Positions 23,701 through 37,994 of a stretch of 64,000 bases of DNA are shown here, in pieces (positions within the stretch are counted from its first letter, which is position 1; each line of letters opens with the position of its first letter). Made by a program: the position numbers and the translations under genes. Origin of the DNA: Camelus dromedarius (lineage: Eukaryota); NCBI RefSeq assembly GCF_036321535.1, contig NC_087437.1, positions 102,116,001 through 102,180,000 on the forward strand, read 5' to 3'. Below the pieces are notes generated by a model. It did no database searches. It was not told where the DNA came from and saw only the letters and a list, made by a program, of their open reading frames with translations.

Positions 23701-25829
23701 AATACAACTTACAATAATATTTGGTACAAAGTGTCTAGAGGAGAATTTTGGCAGATATAGTCATTCAAAGGCCATATTGAAAATGATCACTCTAAGCAAT
23801 TAAGGCAGAAAGGGTTAGATGATCTTAACATATCAGTGGCCACAGAAATACAATTTAAATGACAGAAAGAAAGAAGGGCAAAAACTAGACTTGTGCCGCA
23901 AAATCTTGATGCGATTAGAACTTTTCTATTTAAAATTCATAAATCATTTGTCTCCCAGGAATACAAATAACAGTATGTCATGCATATTACGACTTCAATA
24001 AAGCATTTAAAACATTTAAATTACAAGAAATTTTATAATTTTCTCAGCCATATAACATGTTCTATAGGAAATAAAAACTGATAATTTATCTATAAAAGAA
24101 TTTGTACAATGTGTATTAATTAATCCAGCTCCATATATAATACAGTGTGTGAATTTTCTTGTATTAATAGGTAATTTTCATGAGTGATGGTGATGATCAT
24201 AAACATGATAACAATCATTGTATCTAAAGATACCCAAATATAATATTAAGCTTTTTTTCCCTCGAAAATTCATACCCTGGCAGAGAAGAAAACTAGAAAG
24301 AAGCAATAGCTTATACCGTCTCCTTGATATTGTTGTTTTTTAAAGTCACTAATCTCTGGCATGGAGGTCAATAAATAAATTTAAGCTTTGAATAAATTTA
24401 AGATTCCCTAAAATTCTCATCAGAATGTTTATTTCCTAATTCTGATACACAACAGAGGACTAACGGCAGGCTTTGTACCTGAGCCTTTATTGTGAGCAAA
24501 CTAGATAAAATTGTAAATGTAAGTGAATAAACATAAAATAAAATAGAAATGAAAGGGGAGGGACATGTTCAGCTTCACTGAAAAGAATTAAAGCAATCAG
24601 TGTCATTCAATTTTAAAAGAAGGAAGTTGGTAAAGAAGAAAGTTCTATTTACAGACATCAAAGATGATAGTATAAGCAAAAATAATTAGAAATGAAAAGT
24701 ACAGAGTGCTTGTCATTGTTCCTCAAATATACACTAGTTAATAATATTAGATCAGTGAAGGATTCTCGTGGTGTATTATAATTTAGTTTTCTTCACACGT
24801 TTCAGACAAATTACAAATTCAAAATGGGTATAAAAGTTTAAAACCTCCAGAGTAGTCATAAAGCAATTGAATGGAATTTTCATAAAATAACATGAAGTGC
24901 CAAGTGAGTGGTAAACAGATATACTATATCAAAATACTGTGTAATAATCCACCAATGACCTAATTGTCTTCAAGTACTTAAAATAAGAAACATATCAAAT
25001 ATCCTTGAATTTGAACCAGATAATCTTAAGGTGACTCTTAGAACATTAATTTAACAGTTAAGTGACTTTTTTTTATTAAGTATAGTTTAAAACTTGTACA
25101 TCAGATTGAATTATGGCACAGTGATCTCACTCTGACATACAATGCTTGTAATAGATAACTTGGAAACTATTCCTGATAGCTTATAAACTTACTTTTAAGA
25201 AACTTCATGAATAATAGTAAAGACAGTGTCTTGAGTTTGGCACTGGCGAAGAATTAGATTTATGGATTTCAAATACAAATAAACTGAATCACTCGGAGCA
25301 TGGAAAGATTAATAACATAAAAGCCCACAGGGTTTACGTAGAAACCTTCAAATACTGTAGCTGATTACTTGTGTTTATGTTAGCAAACAACAGAAAGGGC
25401 TTTCAGAGTATTCTGGCATACTCAGTCATTATAAAAAGCTACTCCTATGTTAATTATGCAATAATATTTTTGAGCAGTAGAAGATACTTTATTTTAATTG
25501 AATAAATATTCAAAACATTTTAACCATATTTTCTATGAGTCAGGTATAAATCTTTAGAGGAAGGCATACACAAATATGCTTAAAAAACCCTGGTATATTT
25601 TGATGACTTGACATCTTTATTAATTGAAAGGCAATTTAATTAACTGTTTCATCCATCTGAGGGAGTCTACTTCAAAGCTGCTCCCTGAAATATAAAAAGA
25701 AAGCATGTGTTTTATATACACTCTGACAAGGAAGTTTCTATTTTGTTATACATTCTGTACTGAACAATTTTCATACAGAGGTGCTCAATTTTAAGTCCTT
25801 CATTTGATGTTTAAGCATCACATAAATTA

Positions 25830-25960
25830 ATTTACTCATTCAAGAGGCATCTGGGGCACGTTTTTTGTGAGAGTGTATGTCACCAAGGTGAATGAATACA
25901 TCAACAGGTAAAGCAACATTTACCCTCAAAGGAGTTAGGGAGACTGACTTAAATTTCTAT
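25830..25960 (-). mobile_element. L2 3' end fragment
   Basis: actcattcaagaggcat...ggtgaatgaatac...taccctcaaaggagtta. Confidence 0.45.
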
Positions 25961-26049
25961 TTCAGAACATTGCAGTGATATTAGAAGATATAAATGTGTA
26001 AAGTACATGTTTTTTAATATGTTTAAAAATTACAATTATATAGACTAGT

Positions 26050-26260
26050 GGTTATTCAGTGGTAACTACAGGTTCAAGGCCCCATGTTAAGCACTTTGTG
26101 GTGACAGTCCCTCATATCCCTCATAAAACCTGTGTGACAGTTTAAGTCCCATTTTGAAAATGAAGAAGCTGAAGTTTAGGAAGGTTATATAATTTAGCCA
26201 TGATCTTGCCAGTTTCAAGCTCATAGCCAGAATTTAATTCAAGAAGTCTGACCACTAACC
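26050..26260 (-). mobile_element. MIR SINE
   Basis: cccattttgaaaatgaagaagctgaagtttaggaaggttatataatttagcc...agccagaatttaattcaagaagtctgac. Confidence 0.85.
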
Positions 26261-27697
26261 CTGCAGCATTCAGTAATGTCATACATTTTGTTTATTGGAA
26301 AGGCCCTGTTCAAAAGGCATTTTTCTTATTCTTTTAATCATCTTCTCTCCATTTAGAGAATCAGTTGATAATAAATTTTAAAAATAAATACTTCAACAAA
26401 AACAAAATTTGAGAAAGAATAGAATACCATTATTGCCAGATTAAGCATTTTAGATAGATGTATTCATTTAAAGTATCACCAACATAAAATCTGTAGGAAT
26501 GTTTATCAAAATTAAACTGAATTCTTGACCTCATAACATATTGTTACACATAGAATGTACCTCTAAAAGTTACAATATAATGTATTTTTGATATTGAACA
26601 TTTAAAAAATCTGATGTGTACAATTTCATGTTGAAATGCTAGGAGAAAGAAACACATGATTCTCAAAAAGAAGGAGATTGAAGGAAAATGCCCTGAGAAA
26701 ATGTTACTAAAATGAAATTGGAAGGATTGTTGAAAAGTAAAAAAGATAAAAATGGCCAAAAAAAAAAAAAAAAAGAAGCATTTCAGGCACTAAGATCCCA
26801 TAGAGTAAAAAGCTTGGCACATACGAGAGCCTGATGTTGGTACATGAGACAGCCTCACACGTTCTTTTCAATGTGCCTGAATGGGGAGATGAAAGACAAG
26901 AGTGTTCAATACTAATGGACCATGGTAACAAGTGATACCTTTTGCTGAAGAGCATTGAGAATTAAGTATCAAAGAATCTTACTCAAAGCACAGAGATGGT
27001 GGCGGTGGTCAAAGAATGCTTATTTGAATGGTGAATTTAAATTTTTAATGCCACTTTGGTATCTTTGAGGTTTATATCATCAGAGATATATTGGATTAGA
27101 AGTTATTCTGCTTTGCTATTTATGAAATCCTAAATGGAAGAACTGAATGAAAGAAGTCAGGTGGTTCATTTTTTCAGATAAAGAAGATATCACTCTTATT
27201 TTTAAAACATAGTCAAACAGACATTGGATGAACTGTGCATATTAAAGTTTTCAAAAGATGCCTGCATTGGTCAGTAGCATATGAAAAGGATGATGGTTGC
27301 ATTGAAATAGTTAACCACAAAACTCTCCTCTAACATTTCAAGTTGAGATTTTTATAACCTGCTATAATGTTTTAGCTATAAGCAAATCAAAATAATAACT
27401 TTACATGTATTTTATTCCCTTTTATTATGATTCCATTTGAGATGTTGAGTTGGTGGTTTGATTTTCTATTAGATTGTAAATTAAGAACACTTTGGAGTCA
27501 GGTAGCCAAGGATAAGCTCTCAACTCTACCAGTTCCCAACTCTAATAAGGATTATTTTACATATTCCTGGTAAAGGAACAGTACCATGACTATTATTATC
27601 GCTCAATAAATGTTAGCCTTGGTTCATATAATTATTAGACTATTTTCCACTTACCTAGAGAGGATAGTGACCTCATCCTGAGAAATGAATGTTAGAT

Positions 27698-27864
27698 CAG
27701 TGGCTCTCAACCTGTCAACTCCAGAGGAGGAGCAGCAGCATCACCTGGGAACTTGTTCAAAACACAAAACTCCTGGGTTCCACTAAATCAGAACTTCTGG
27801 AGCAGTTGTGTTTTAACAAGCTCTGAAGGTGGTTCTGATGCATACAAATATTTGAGAACTACTG
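27698..27864. mobile_element. MER5A hAT-Charlie MITE
   Basis: Terminal inverted repeats cagtggctctcaa / ttgagaactactg; internal cagcatcacctgggaacttgtt and tgtgttttaacaagctc. Confidence 0.9.
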
Positions 27865-30372
27865 AGTCAGAAAGTTGGTATGTAAGTATTTCCAGTCTGT
27901 ACAATTAAAATATTTTGAATGTGATTGTATATACTATCCTTGAAATGGATCAATTATGGCATTTTTAAAATAGGCATATTAATGGCGTACAGAATATTCT
28001 CGGCACTCTGAAATTTGTTTATGGTCTTCTAAATCTGCTCTTGCCATTTAAATCAGAACCACATTACAAAAATACCAGGAATCTAATCATTCAAATATCA
28101 CAGATAGACAGACAAACAGATAGATAGATGAAGTAGAGATGTTGCATGATTTGTAACCTCAATAATTGTATAAATAATAATAGTTTCTTATAGGTAACAA
28201 ACTATTTACATGTAAAAAGTATTGTAATACTGTATACCTAGTATATCAAATAGTTTAAAAATACTTAAATTGAACATTTATAATATATGGCTTTTCCTAA
28301 AGTAATGAATTCAGCTTGAAATACGTTTAACTTGAATTCAGCAACTATGTATGGACTTGGATAATTTATTCCAAAAGATGAGAAAAAATAGGTGAAAATA
28401 GGAATGTATAAGACATCATAAAATTATCAGGCAAGTGTTCTTCCACAATATTTGATTACTAGAAAACATTCTGTGCCTTATATCCCTGTAGGTTTATGTG
28501 TATAAACACACATACACATAAACTGACAGATCTATTCCCAAAAGAGTATAATAGTGTTTGGTTAGAAACTGTGCTTTTTTAAAACACTTAATGTTATTTC
28601 ATGTCTTTCTCAAAGAAATAGCATCCAAACATATTGTTTGAAGGTCATTTCCACTTTACCTGCATAAGTAATAGAATATTTAAACTTTTGTCTAGCCAGT
28701 GGAAAACATAATTTTGACTAGAAAATTATAAAATTCTAGACCTGGTTCCAAGCTTACACAAAAAGTGATAAATAGCATGACATTAACTCAGTAACTCACA
28801 AATATAAACTCATCACAAGACTACATTCTATTTTTCTACATTTTGGGTAACAGATCTATGCAATAATATTGTCTCTAGACAACTGTTATTTAGACATACT
28901 ATTTCTTTTAGATGCACCCATGAGCAGTAGAAGTGGTATGAAAATCTATCACATATTGCCAAAAAACACTCATCAGTTACAATACTTTTCTTTTAAAGAG
29001 TATTCTCTCTCATAATATGAAGTTAAAGACTGTGTCACACATCTCAGTTGTTTTACTTCCATGAGTTGTGCAATATTTTGTGACATCTTACAAGGGCACA
29101 TAAACAGATATTTACATGCATGTTTTCTTAGAGGTGAGTTGTTAGTTACTTTAAATATGCATAAAGATGATGGTATAGCCATTGTTTGTTCAGTTGGAAC
29201 CACAAAAATTTGTTAAATCGTATTTCTAGATTCAAAAAATCAAAATAAATGTTCATCTTTAAGTCTTTCATTGTGCTGCCCTTTAATGGATTGGGTTAGC
29301 CTCTATATTTTAAATGTACGTTAAAGTGTTCTTTTTTTGTCTTCTTACTTCCTTATTGTTAATGAAAATATATTTATATGAAGTTATTTAAAGAAAATTG
29401 TCAACTAGTATGAACATTCTAAATATCTAATAAGACAGTAATTTATAGGTCCAAATACATATTTTACAAAATTTTATTCATGGATATAAAATAATATTAG
29501 AAAATCTCACATAATATATGTTAGTAAATGAAAAAGAAAGAGAAATTAGAATAAAATTCTGTATTCTCTACTATAGGTGCCTATATGATATAAAATTTAA
29601 GTAAAGATGTTTCCAATTTATGTATTTTTTATCTTCATAGTAAATTTTTAATAATCACTGTAAATGAATCAAGATTTAATCAATAACAAATGGTAATGAG
29701 TTATATGTTTAATTTATTCACTGCACTAATGGTGAGAAAATATTTTTGCACTAAAAAAAGGTCTTCAGATAGAAACCATAGTGGAAAAATTCTATTATAA
29801 AATTCTAAAAGCACAGTACCAGAACTGCAAATCCTTAATTATTTAATACAGATCAAGTAACCTTACTCAAACTGGAAGTGATTATTTGACAATCTGTTCA
29901 CCTGAGCATCTTCAGTAAATTTTATCTAGTTTGCAAGAAGACTGACAGGGATCTCTTTTTGTTATGGGACCGCCAAGATGACCTTTGACTTGTCTCCTTA
30001 ATTCTAAAGAAGGAAAAAAGGAGATGGACATGTTTGGTCAATCTGATAATCATGGGACCATTTGACATTTTCAGTTAAGAGAAATAGAATTTCTAATGAG
30101 ATGTTTAGATAACACCCCTTAAAAGTGAGCTTAGTGGTTATTTATAAAAAAAACAATCCTTTTAGCTATTCATTGAATAGCTTATATAGTTTGAGCAGTA
30201 ATTATTCAATAAAATTATCATCAATTAAATTCTATTGCTTAGCTATTTAAAAGTAAATAAGCTCCAATACCTAAGTTAAATTTATATAGTTTTACATGAA
30301 CTAAAAAATCACCAAATTAAAAAATGCATGGTGCAAAGACCTTCTAAAGTTTGTTAAGTATTTAGTACTTAC

Positions 30373-30715
30373 TTGTTACAAAAAGTAAACCAGAGAGGTT
30401 GGCATTTCAGTTATACTCACAGATCACAGAGGAAAAGGGGGTACCATGGGCCTGTATCCTTAGTGTGGTTTCTGTGGGAAGGAGAGAGGGAGGCAGAGTA
30501 AACAGGTTTAGGAATGGCTAATTTGAATAAGTTCAGCGAGCTGTGCGGCGTAAGAGCTAGCCTTGGAAATAGCTAACCCTGGGGTTATTAGTGTGACTGT
30601 ACAGTGGCCCACAGTGTGAGCGCCTCATACTGGAAGAGGTTGGGGGTGTGGACTTGGCTGCTCAAAAAGTAGAACTGACCAGCCTCTACTCAGAGGCTCA
30701 GGACTGGGTCAAAAT
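30373..30715 (-). mobile_element. ERVL-class solo LTR (MER74/MER54/LTR53-like group)
   Basis: caggtttaggaatggctaatttgaataagttcagcgagct...ccctggggttattag...agtggccccacagtgtgag resembles this LTR group; GC-richer than the flanks. Confidence 0.65.
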
Positions 30716-30845
30716 AGAAAAACGAACAACAGATCCAAAAACTGTATTACAAAGATTTTATCCGTTTGTTTGTTCTTCATTTCAGCCATTCCTGTGATTA
30801 TACAGTTGAATCTCAACCACAGCTTTAATAGCAATTTACCTGACA

Positions 30846-31315
30846 CAGGCACCCTTGAAGATACTATGGATTCAGGTCCAGACCACCGCAGTGAAGTGAA
30901 TATTGCAATAAAGTGAGTTACACAATTTTTTTGGTTTTCCAGCACACATAAAAATTATGTTTACACTGTACTATAAACTATAAGTATGCAATACATTATG
31001 TCAAAAAACCCCACAATGTTCACACCTTAATGAAAAAATATTTTATTGCTAAAGAATGCTAACTATCATCTGAGTCTTCAGTGAGTCAGAGTAGTCATAT
31101 TGAAGATCACTGATCCTAGATCACCATAACAAGTATAATAAAAATGAAAAAAATTTAAATATTGTAAGAATTACCAAAATGTGACACAGAGACATGAAGT
31201 AAAAAGATGCTATTGGAAAAAAATGTTAATGGAAAAACTTACTGGCGCAGGATTCCCACAAATCTCCAGTCTGTAAAAACATATCTGTGAAGTGCAATAA
31301 AATGAGATATGCCTG
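30846..31315 (-). mobile_element. Tigger1a-like internally deleted Tigger1
   Basis: Ends caggcaccctt / gagatatgcctg+TA; both Tigger1 termini (ccagaccaccgca..., gatcactgatcctagatcaccataac...) joined near 31090. Confidence 0.9.
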
Positions 31316-31479
31316 TAACAATAATGCTGAACACACTTTCATTTGTCTGTTGGCCAATTTGACTACTCATAGTCATCAAGCAGCTGTTCAAATCATTTGC
31401 CTACTTTTGCTTGGGATTTCTTTTTATGCTACCTTTTAAGATAGCATAAAATAACATAATAGAAGAATAGATACTGGGG

Positions 31480-32075
31480 GAAAATGTGCAAGCCCTCTTC
31501 TCAGAAAGGTACAAGATATTATGAGAGTGAATTGAACCAAACTACATGAACAAAAATACTTGACATTTCTCACAAATTCATCTATGCATTCAGTGACATT
31601 TCAATAGATATTTCAGCTTTTTAAAATAGAATTAATAGATGGACTCTAAAACTTATGAGAAAATATACACAGACAATAATAAGAAAAACACTACCAAATA
31701 AAAAGAATAAAGCTAAAAGATATATATATATATATATATATATATATCAACTATGAATATTTATTGAGTTATTTTAAGTTAAAAGGTGTGGTGTTGGTGC
31801 AAGAATAGACAAAACAAGGGTGGAAAATAGAGTCTACAAAATAATCTTACATCTTGTCCATGTGATTAAATACAGTTACGACTTTCATAAAATGGGAGAG
31901 ATGTTTTCAAAAAATAATGCCAGAATCATCACATGTCTATATGTAAAAAAAGCAAACTTTGACTTCTACCTTAAGGAATAAAAATCAATTCCAAGTGTAT
32001 CACAGCATAATATGAAAGATAAAAGAATAACGTTCTCAGGTAGTAAAATAAGAAAATATTTTCATTGTCTCAAAT
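31480..32075 (+). mobile_element. Old L1M ORF2 fragment with an internal (TA)n
   Basis: caaattcatctatgcattcagtg, gtgtggtgttggtgcaagaatagacaaa, aaaatcaattccaagtgtatc; (TA)n at about 31720-31747. Confidence 0.7.
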
Positions 32076-32433
32076 TGCACATCCAGCCACAAAGTTAAAT
32101 ATATATATATTTATATATTTTTAACATATGTATATTTAACTATGGCTATGGATAAGAAGTAGGTCTGCATCTGGATATGGCATAGATATACATATAATTT
32201 TTAAATTGCTGCATCCAAAGTGTATTATAAATGCCTATGGTGAGGTTTTTAAAACTTAGTAATTAGAAAAGTATTTTTAAATCAAGAATGTATAAGTTGA
32301 TGAGCATTTTATGGGTAAATGTGTGAATAGATTATACTCTGAACATAGAAACCTGAATGTTCATACACCTGAACACAAGAACTTCAAACGGTCCAGGAAT
32401 TAGCAGCAGAGAGTGAATAGAAACAAGCTTCAG

Positions 32434-32435
<2 letters not shown>

Positions 32436-32475
<40 letters not shown>

Positions 32476-32483
32476 ATATATAT
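32436..32483. repeat. (TG)n/(TA)n microsatellite
   Basis: TG run followed by tatgtatatatata. Confidence 0.97.
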
Positions 32484-32637
32484 AGAAGATGAAGAGGCTT
32501 TCCATATTACAGAATTTTAACTTGATTTTTAAGTCAATGAAGAATGACTGAAAGATTTTATGTAATAGTCTTAAATTGTTTAATTTGAACCCCAGAAAGA
32601 TTACTTTGGATATACTGCTGAGAATGGGTTGGAGTGG

Positions 32638-33286
32638 AGTGGTAGGCAAAATTCAAAGGTGGCTCCTGAAATCACCACCAGCTGGTGTACCTGCTTTTGT
32701 ATAATCCCCTCCCTTGAGTGCAGGTGGAACCTGTGATTGCTTGGAACCAAGAGAATACGGCAAAGGGAAGGGATTATGCAGATGTTATTAATCTCCCTAA
32801 CACATTAACTCTGACTTAATGACAAGGAAGATTATCCTGTGTGGGACTGATTTGATCACCCGAGCCCTTTATAAAAGAGTCCAGGACTTCCCTGGGGTGA
32901 GCGCTGCAGAGAGAGCATTTTGTTGGCTTTGAAGACAGCTGCCATGTTACCAGAGGGCCAGTGAAGGGGCCTCAGAGTGAAAAATAGATCAGCCCGTGGA
33001 GCTGAGAGGGGGCCCTGCTTGACAGCCGATAGGAAAATAGGGACCTCAATCCTACAATAAGGAACTGAATTCTTCCAACAACCATATGAGTTTGGAAGAG
33101 GTCCCCAAACTTTGGGAAAAACAGAATACTGAAACTTTCATAGCAGCCTTGTGAGGCCCAGAACAGAGGGCCCAGCTAAGCCATCTGCACACTCCTGAGC
33201 TGCAAAAGTCGAAAAAAATGAAAGTATGTTGTTTTTAAGTCTCTGTGTTTGTGGTATTTTATTATATAAAAATAGAAAGCTATTCA
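32638..33286 (+). mobile_element. MLT1E-like MaLR solo LTR
   Basis: gtggtaggcaaaattc...tataatcccctcccttgagtgcaggtggaacctgtga...aggaactgaattcttccaacaacc...gtttgtggtatttt...gctattca. Confidence 0.88.
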
Positions 33287-34246
33287 TTGAAGGGACAAGT
33301 TAGGAGCGAAGAGAGATCATTGTGAACTCAGTTTTAGATCAGATACTACTACTCTAGACAGAATTCTTAATTTACACTAATAAGGTGGATTGATTATCAT
33401 GCCTTAATATACCTTGGATCTGGTACTTTAAAGTGTTTCTGTCATCTACCTTTTATCGCTGAATCTTCAGCTTTTTTGACGTTGAATTGCTGCAGTGATG
33501 GTGGTGCTTTTGTATCTGTGAAAAAATGATAATGGAGTTGAGGTGAAGACATTTTCACTCCTCAAGTAAAATGTGACAAATTTGTTGTAGATAATCTTCT
33601 GAGTGTCAGTATTCCATACACACCTCAAACCTAAGTGTGTTTTGATTACTGTCATGAAAGTGGAATGACTCCCCTTAGGTGTGTTCTGAGTCTTTGCTAT
33701 CAGAATGAGCGTGATAGGCCTCCAGGGTTCTAGAGTTTTATGAGTTGAAATATTCAGTATCAAAGGCCAGATAACCAGCTTTCCTTTCCTCTTCATAGGC
33801 CTCTTTCTAGATGCGTAGCTGTCTATAAAATGATGAAATTGGCAGTTTTCCTAAAATACAGGTTTTAGGGGAAATAGTACTGAAATAAAGAAAAACAAAT
33901 TACGTCCTATATTTGTACTTATAAATATATAGACGATGGCAATTTGTTCACTACTTGACATTTCACTTTAGTTAGCTGACCAAATGGATAAAAGTACCAC
34001 ACACCAAGGTAATCTCAGTCTAAACTCACTTTTAAATTGAGATTACATGCGATTATCTTAAAATGTATAATTCTGTCATGATATCATTAATTCATATGCA
34101 ATTTTAGAGCAGTATGGATATTTTATATTCATGGTACTCACTTATTAAGAACACTTTCATTTATGTCATTCTAATATTCTTTACATATCTTCCCTGGACC
34201 ATTCATTCACACAGATAAATTATATAGCTGACTGTTGTAAAGGACA

Positions 34247-34798
34247 TGTGGTGAGGTGACCTCAATGAGAATCTTATCTTCTCCCACTGGGTATAGGCGA
34301 AACCTGTGATTCAATTCTAACTAAAAAAAATACTGTGAAGTTGACGGGGTTTGCAGATGTAATTAAGGTCCTGAATTGGTTATCCCTGAGTTCATCAAAA
34401 GAAAGATTCTCTGGTGCAGGCCTTCCCTTAACATTTAAGTAAGCCTATTAAAAGAATGTGCCAGGCTCTCTTTGCAGTTAGGGAGTCAAAACCGCTGAAA
34501 TTTCACTATTGCTGGCTTTGAAGAAGCAAACTATCAAGAACAGCTGCAAGGAAATTCTGCAGACAAGCAGAGAAAGCTTAGAAGTGAATTTTTTCCTAGT
34601 TATACCTCCAGATGAGAGAGCAACTTGATTGATATCTTGATTTTTTTAAAAAAATTTTTCTGTTGAAACTTAGAGTAGAGAACTTAGCTGAGTCATGCAC
34701 AGACTTCTGATCTACAAAAACTGAGTTAACAAATGGGCGTTACTTCAAGTCACTGAGTTGGTGGTAAACTCATTATGAAGCAACAGACATTTAATACA
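34247..34798 (+). mobile_element. MLT1 (E-like) solo LTR
   Basis: tgtggtg...tttgcagatgtaattaaggtcc...tgctggctttgaagaagcaaact...ttaataca. Confidence 0.85.
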
Positions 34799-34799
34799 A

Positions 34800-35625
34800 C
34801 CCCAAATTTATATTTCCAGAGCTAACCTCCTTCTTTAAGTCCTTGCAGATGCAGTTATAGGCATCTCCAACATGAATCCCACTGACATATCAAACTATTC
34901 TCAATCTTTACCTGTTCTTTTCCTTTGAATGCCATCTCCAGTTAATGATACCAAGCTATAATACCAAACTGAACAATCAACCAATTCAGAAATCTAGAAT
35001 CAACCCAACAACCAGATAAAACACCCGGATTCATCCTTCTCCTTTTTCTTCTAATCAACCATGTCTACGCCATCATCCCTCATGGCTTTTGTGAGTACGT
35101 AGCTGGCTACTTCCTCAAAAACATTTCTTGAATCGTTCCTTATCCTTCTTATCCTGCCTCAAGTTGGTCTCCTTACCTGGAGAGACTCCTGTGCCAAAGA
35201 ATATTCCCTCTCAGGCATTTAAAGGACAAAATCACATACATACCTGTAAAAAGCACACATAAAATGTGATTCTGAGATATCAGGCCCTCTTACAACTCCA
35301 GGTTAGTTTTTCAATGATCTTCTACCTATCAAATCCCCGTTTACAACATCCAGAGAAGAAGACATTACTGTGAGTCTTCCACAGTGACCTTTGTCAAAAC
35401 TACCATTCACTCCCAGTCTTTTTTTTTTTTTTTTTTGACTTTTGTTTCTACCATTTATAGTACATATCAGGTTTATTGTGAATTAACATGGCTCTTTCTC
35501 TAGGTAGATTATAACTCCCAGGAACAAAGTATATGTCTTAATTTCCTTTTGTATTTCATCATTTGCTTTGTGGCAATCATAGCATAAATGCTTCATAAAT
35601 GTAGTTTATATGAATAAGTAAATAC
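34800..35625 (+). mobile_element. L2 fragment(s)
   Basis: cccaaatttatatttccag...ggcatctccaac...; tail cttcataaatgtagtttatatgaataagtaaat. Confidence 0.55.
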
Positions 35626-36324
35626 AGGATTATGATTACAATCACACACAAACATTTTCAGTTGTACTTAATGGCTTTAGGTCATTGTGCCAAAAAACAA
35701 TTTGTTTAATAGCCAATTTTCTGAATGGTCCAGTCATCAAGTTTTCCAATATATGAATCAAAAACAATGTTCCTTGCATTTATATTATTTAGAATGTTTT
35801 CTATGGACTGGGATGGAATGGTTTTCAGAGTTTCTGCAAGTACCTGAAAAATCTTACTATATTTGTTTTTTTTTAATTTATTTTTCTAGCAATATTAGTT
35901 TTTAAAATGTTTTATCAAAGATTAAAATCATATTTAATTTTTAAGGATATTTGGAAAATTAAATTCAATACATAATGATTACCATTTCTCCATTTCAAAA
36001 ATAAACACTTCACTCCATAATTTTGAGCAACTCTTAAAATTGTTTCCTAAAGAAACATTTTAAACTTAATATTTCATTTGTAGCAAAAGTAGTCAATATG
36101 GGTATAATTTATCTTCTCTTTTTCATTTTGCCCAGCTTAGTACTTTAAGGATATTTAATGTATCAAATTCTTCAAAGTGATCTACATACGTAAGTATGCA
36201 GAGCAGACATTAGGTGATAATCATAGCAAATATAATAGTAATCTAGTGCAATTAACCTGAGAAAACAGAAAATAGAATTTTACAGGCATTAGAGTGAATC
36301 TTTGTGGAATCGTTCTGTATCTTC

Positions 36325-36460
36325 ATTACCTCAGTGTCAATATCATTGTGATACTGTATTATAGCTATGAAAGATGTTGGGAGAAATTGGATGAAGCATT
36401 TACGGGGTCTTTCTGTATTTTATAGAACTGAGTATGAATCCACAGCTATTAGAAAAAAAT
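36325..36460 (+). mobile_element. L1MC/MD-type 3' end fragment
   Basis: gtcaatatcattgtgatactgtattatagctatgaaagatgtt...tatgaatccacagctatt. Confidence 0.65.
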
Positions 36461-36519
36461 ACAATCTTTGAAAAATTTTGTTACCACTCACTTTTATAAG
36501 TTCCTCTATAATCCCTCTT

Positions 36520-37748
36520 TCTTAATCCTCCACGTAGGTTTCTGTTCCATTCACTTACTGTTACCCTTTCCAGATCAAAAGTGACCAAGTCAATTTTCAG
36601 CCCTCATTGTACTTAACACAGATGAATTCTTCCTTCTCGGTTGTTTTTCACAAGGCTTGCAGGGCAGCATGCACTCTTGCTTTTCCTCAGCCCTAACCAG
36701 TTGTCCCTCAGGCTTTCCTGTTGATTCTTCCCCTTTGCCTTTAACTTTGGATTTCTCCTGCACTCAGTTTGGAAATCTTCTTAAAAATTAGTTATAGTTT
36801 TCTGATTGATAACATTTGAATAATGTATGAATACTGGTAATTCCTTGTATAAATCTCCATTGCAAAAGTCTTCCAAACTCTGGACTCCTAGGTCTGGCTG
36901 CCAATTTTATACAACTGATAGACACCTCAATTTCAGCATTTAAAACTGAACTCTGATCTTCCCCAGTAAAACTAGACCTAAATACAGACTTCCTTATTTC
37001 ATGGATTAAAAAATGTCTATTTCACTGATTATAATCCCACTTTTCTATATTTTCAGCTCCAAATCTAAGTCCTCCTTTGTGCCCCCCATCAAACCCTACT
37101 TCCAATTAATCAGGATATACTTTTATATATGTGCATATCTGGATTCTAAACACTTCTCACTGCTTCTACAGTTGTCTCCCTGATCTGAGTCACATACCTC
37201 CCACCTGGAACACTGTAATAACAACACCTAGAATAACATTATTAAGTCAGATTATTACATGACTATGATCAAAACTCTACAATTGTTTCTGATTTTCTCA
37301 AAGTATAAATCTATTCTACATAATCTCATTTCTGATTTCATATTTTGCTATTCTCTTTTATCTGTAGTGTTTCAGCCCCTCTGAAACCCTTGTTTTAAAT
37401 ATGCTAGGCATACTCCTACATTATGACTTTTCCATTGGTTGACCTCTCTTGAAATGCTTGCACCCCCACTGCCCTCAAATCACTTTTCAAAACGTTTTCT
37501 TAATGGGGCCAGATATGATAATGGCACTTGTTACTGAAACTGTCCACTCCTAATACTCCCAGTTGTTCTAAATTTTAAACATATTCTATCACAATGTGTA
37601 ATTTCTTATGTTCTCTATTTTCTGCTTTACTCTGTCCACCCCCCCCAATAAAATATAAGTTACATATAATTGGGTACTTTGTTTTGTTCTTCAATGTGAT
37701 TCAATTACCTAGATAAGTACTTAGAATGTAAAATGTTAAATATTTGCT
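36520..37748 (+). mobile_element. L2 LINE 3' portion
   Basis: aagtcaattttcagccctcatt...cacctcaatttcagcatttaaaactgaactc...cacttctcactgcttctac... Confidence 0.75.
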
Positions 37749-37994
37749 TTATAAAATCTGTTACACCAATGCATTAGTGTATACTAATAATAAACATTAA
37801 ATATTCATACTGATCATTATAACTGTATTAATAAATATTATTAGCATATTAACATGTTGCATATTTAAATACATTTGATGAAAGAATTAATTTTTTAAAA
37901 AATATTTTTTATTAGCCTTCACAATTTCAACTAAGAATACACTAAAGATATGTTTTAATCCAACTTTTCTCCTGTTCCAACTAAACTAAGGACA

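Noticed and set aside
32638..34798. Two same-strand MLT1 LTRs as ends of one provirus
   Set aside because: They look quite diverged from each other, I saw no shared TSD, and the roughly 1-kb gap was not recognisable as MaLR internal sequence.
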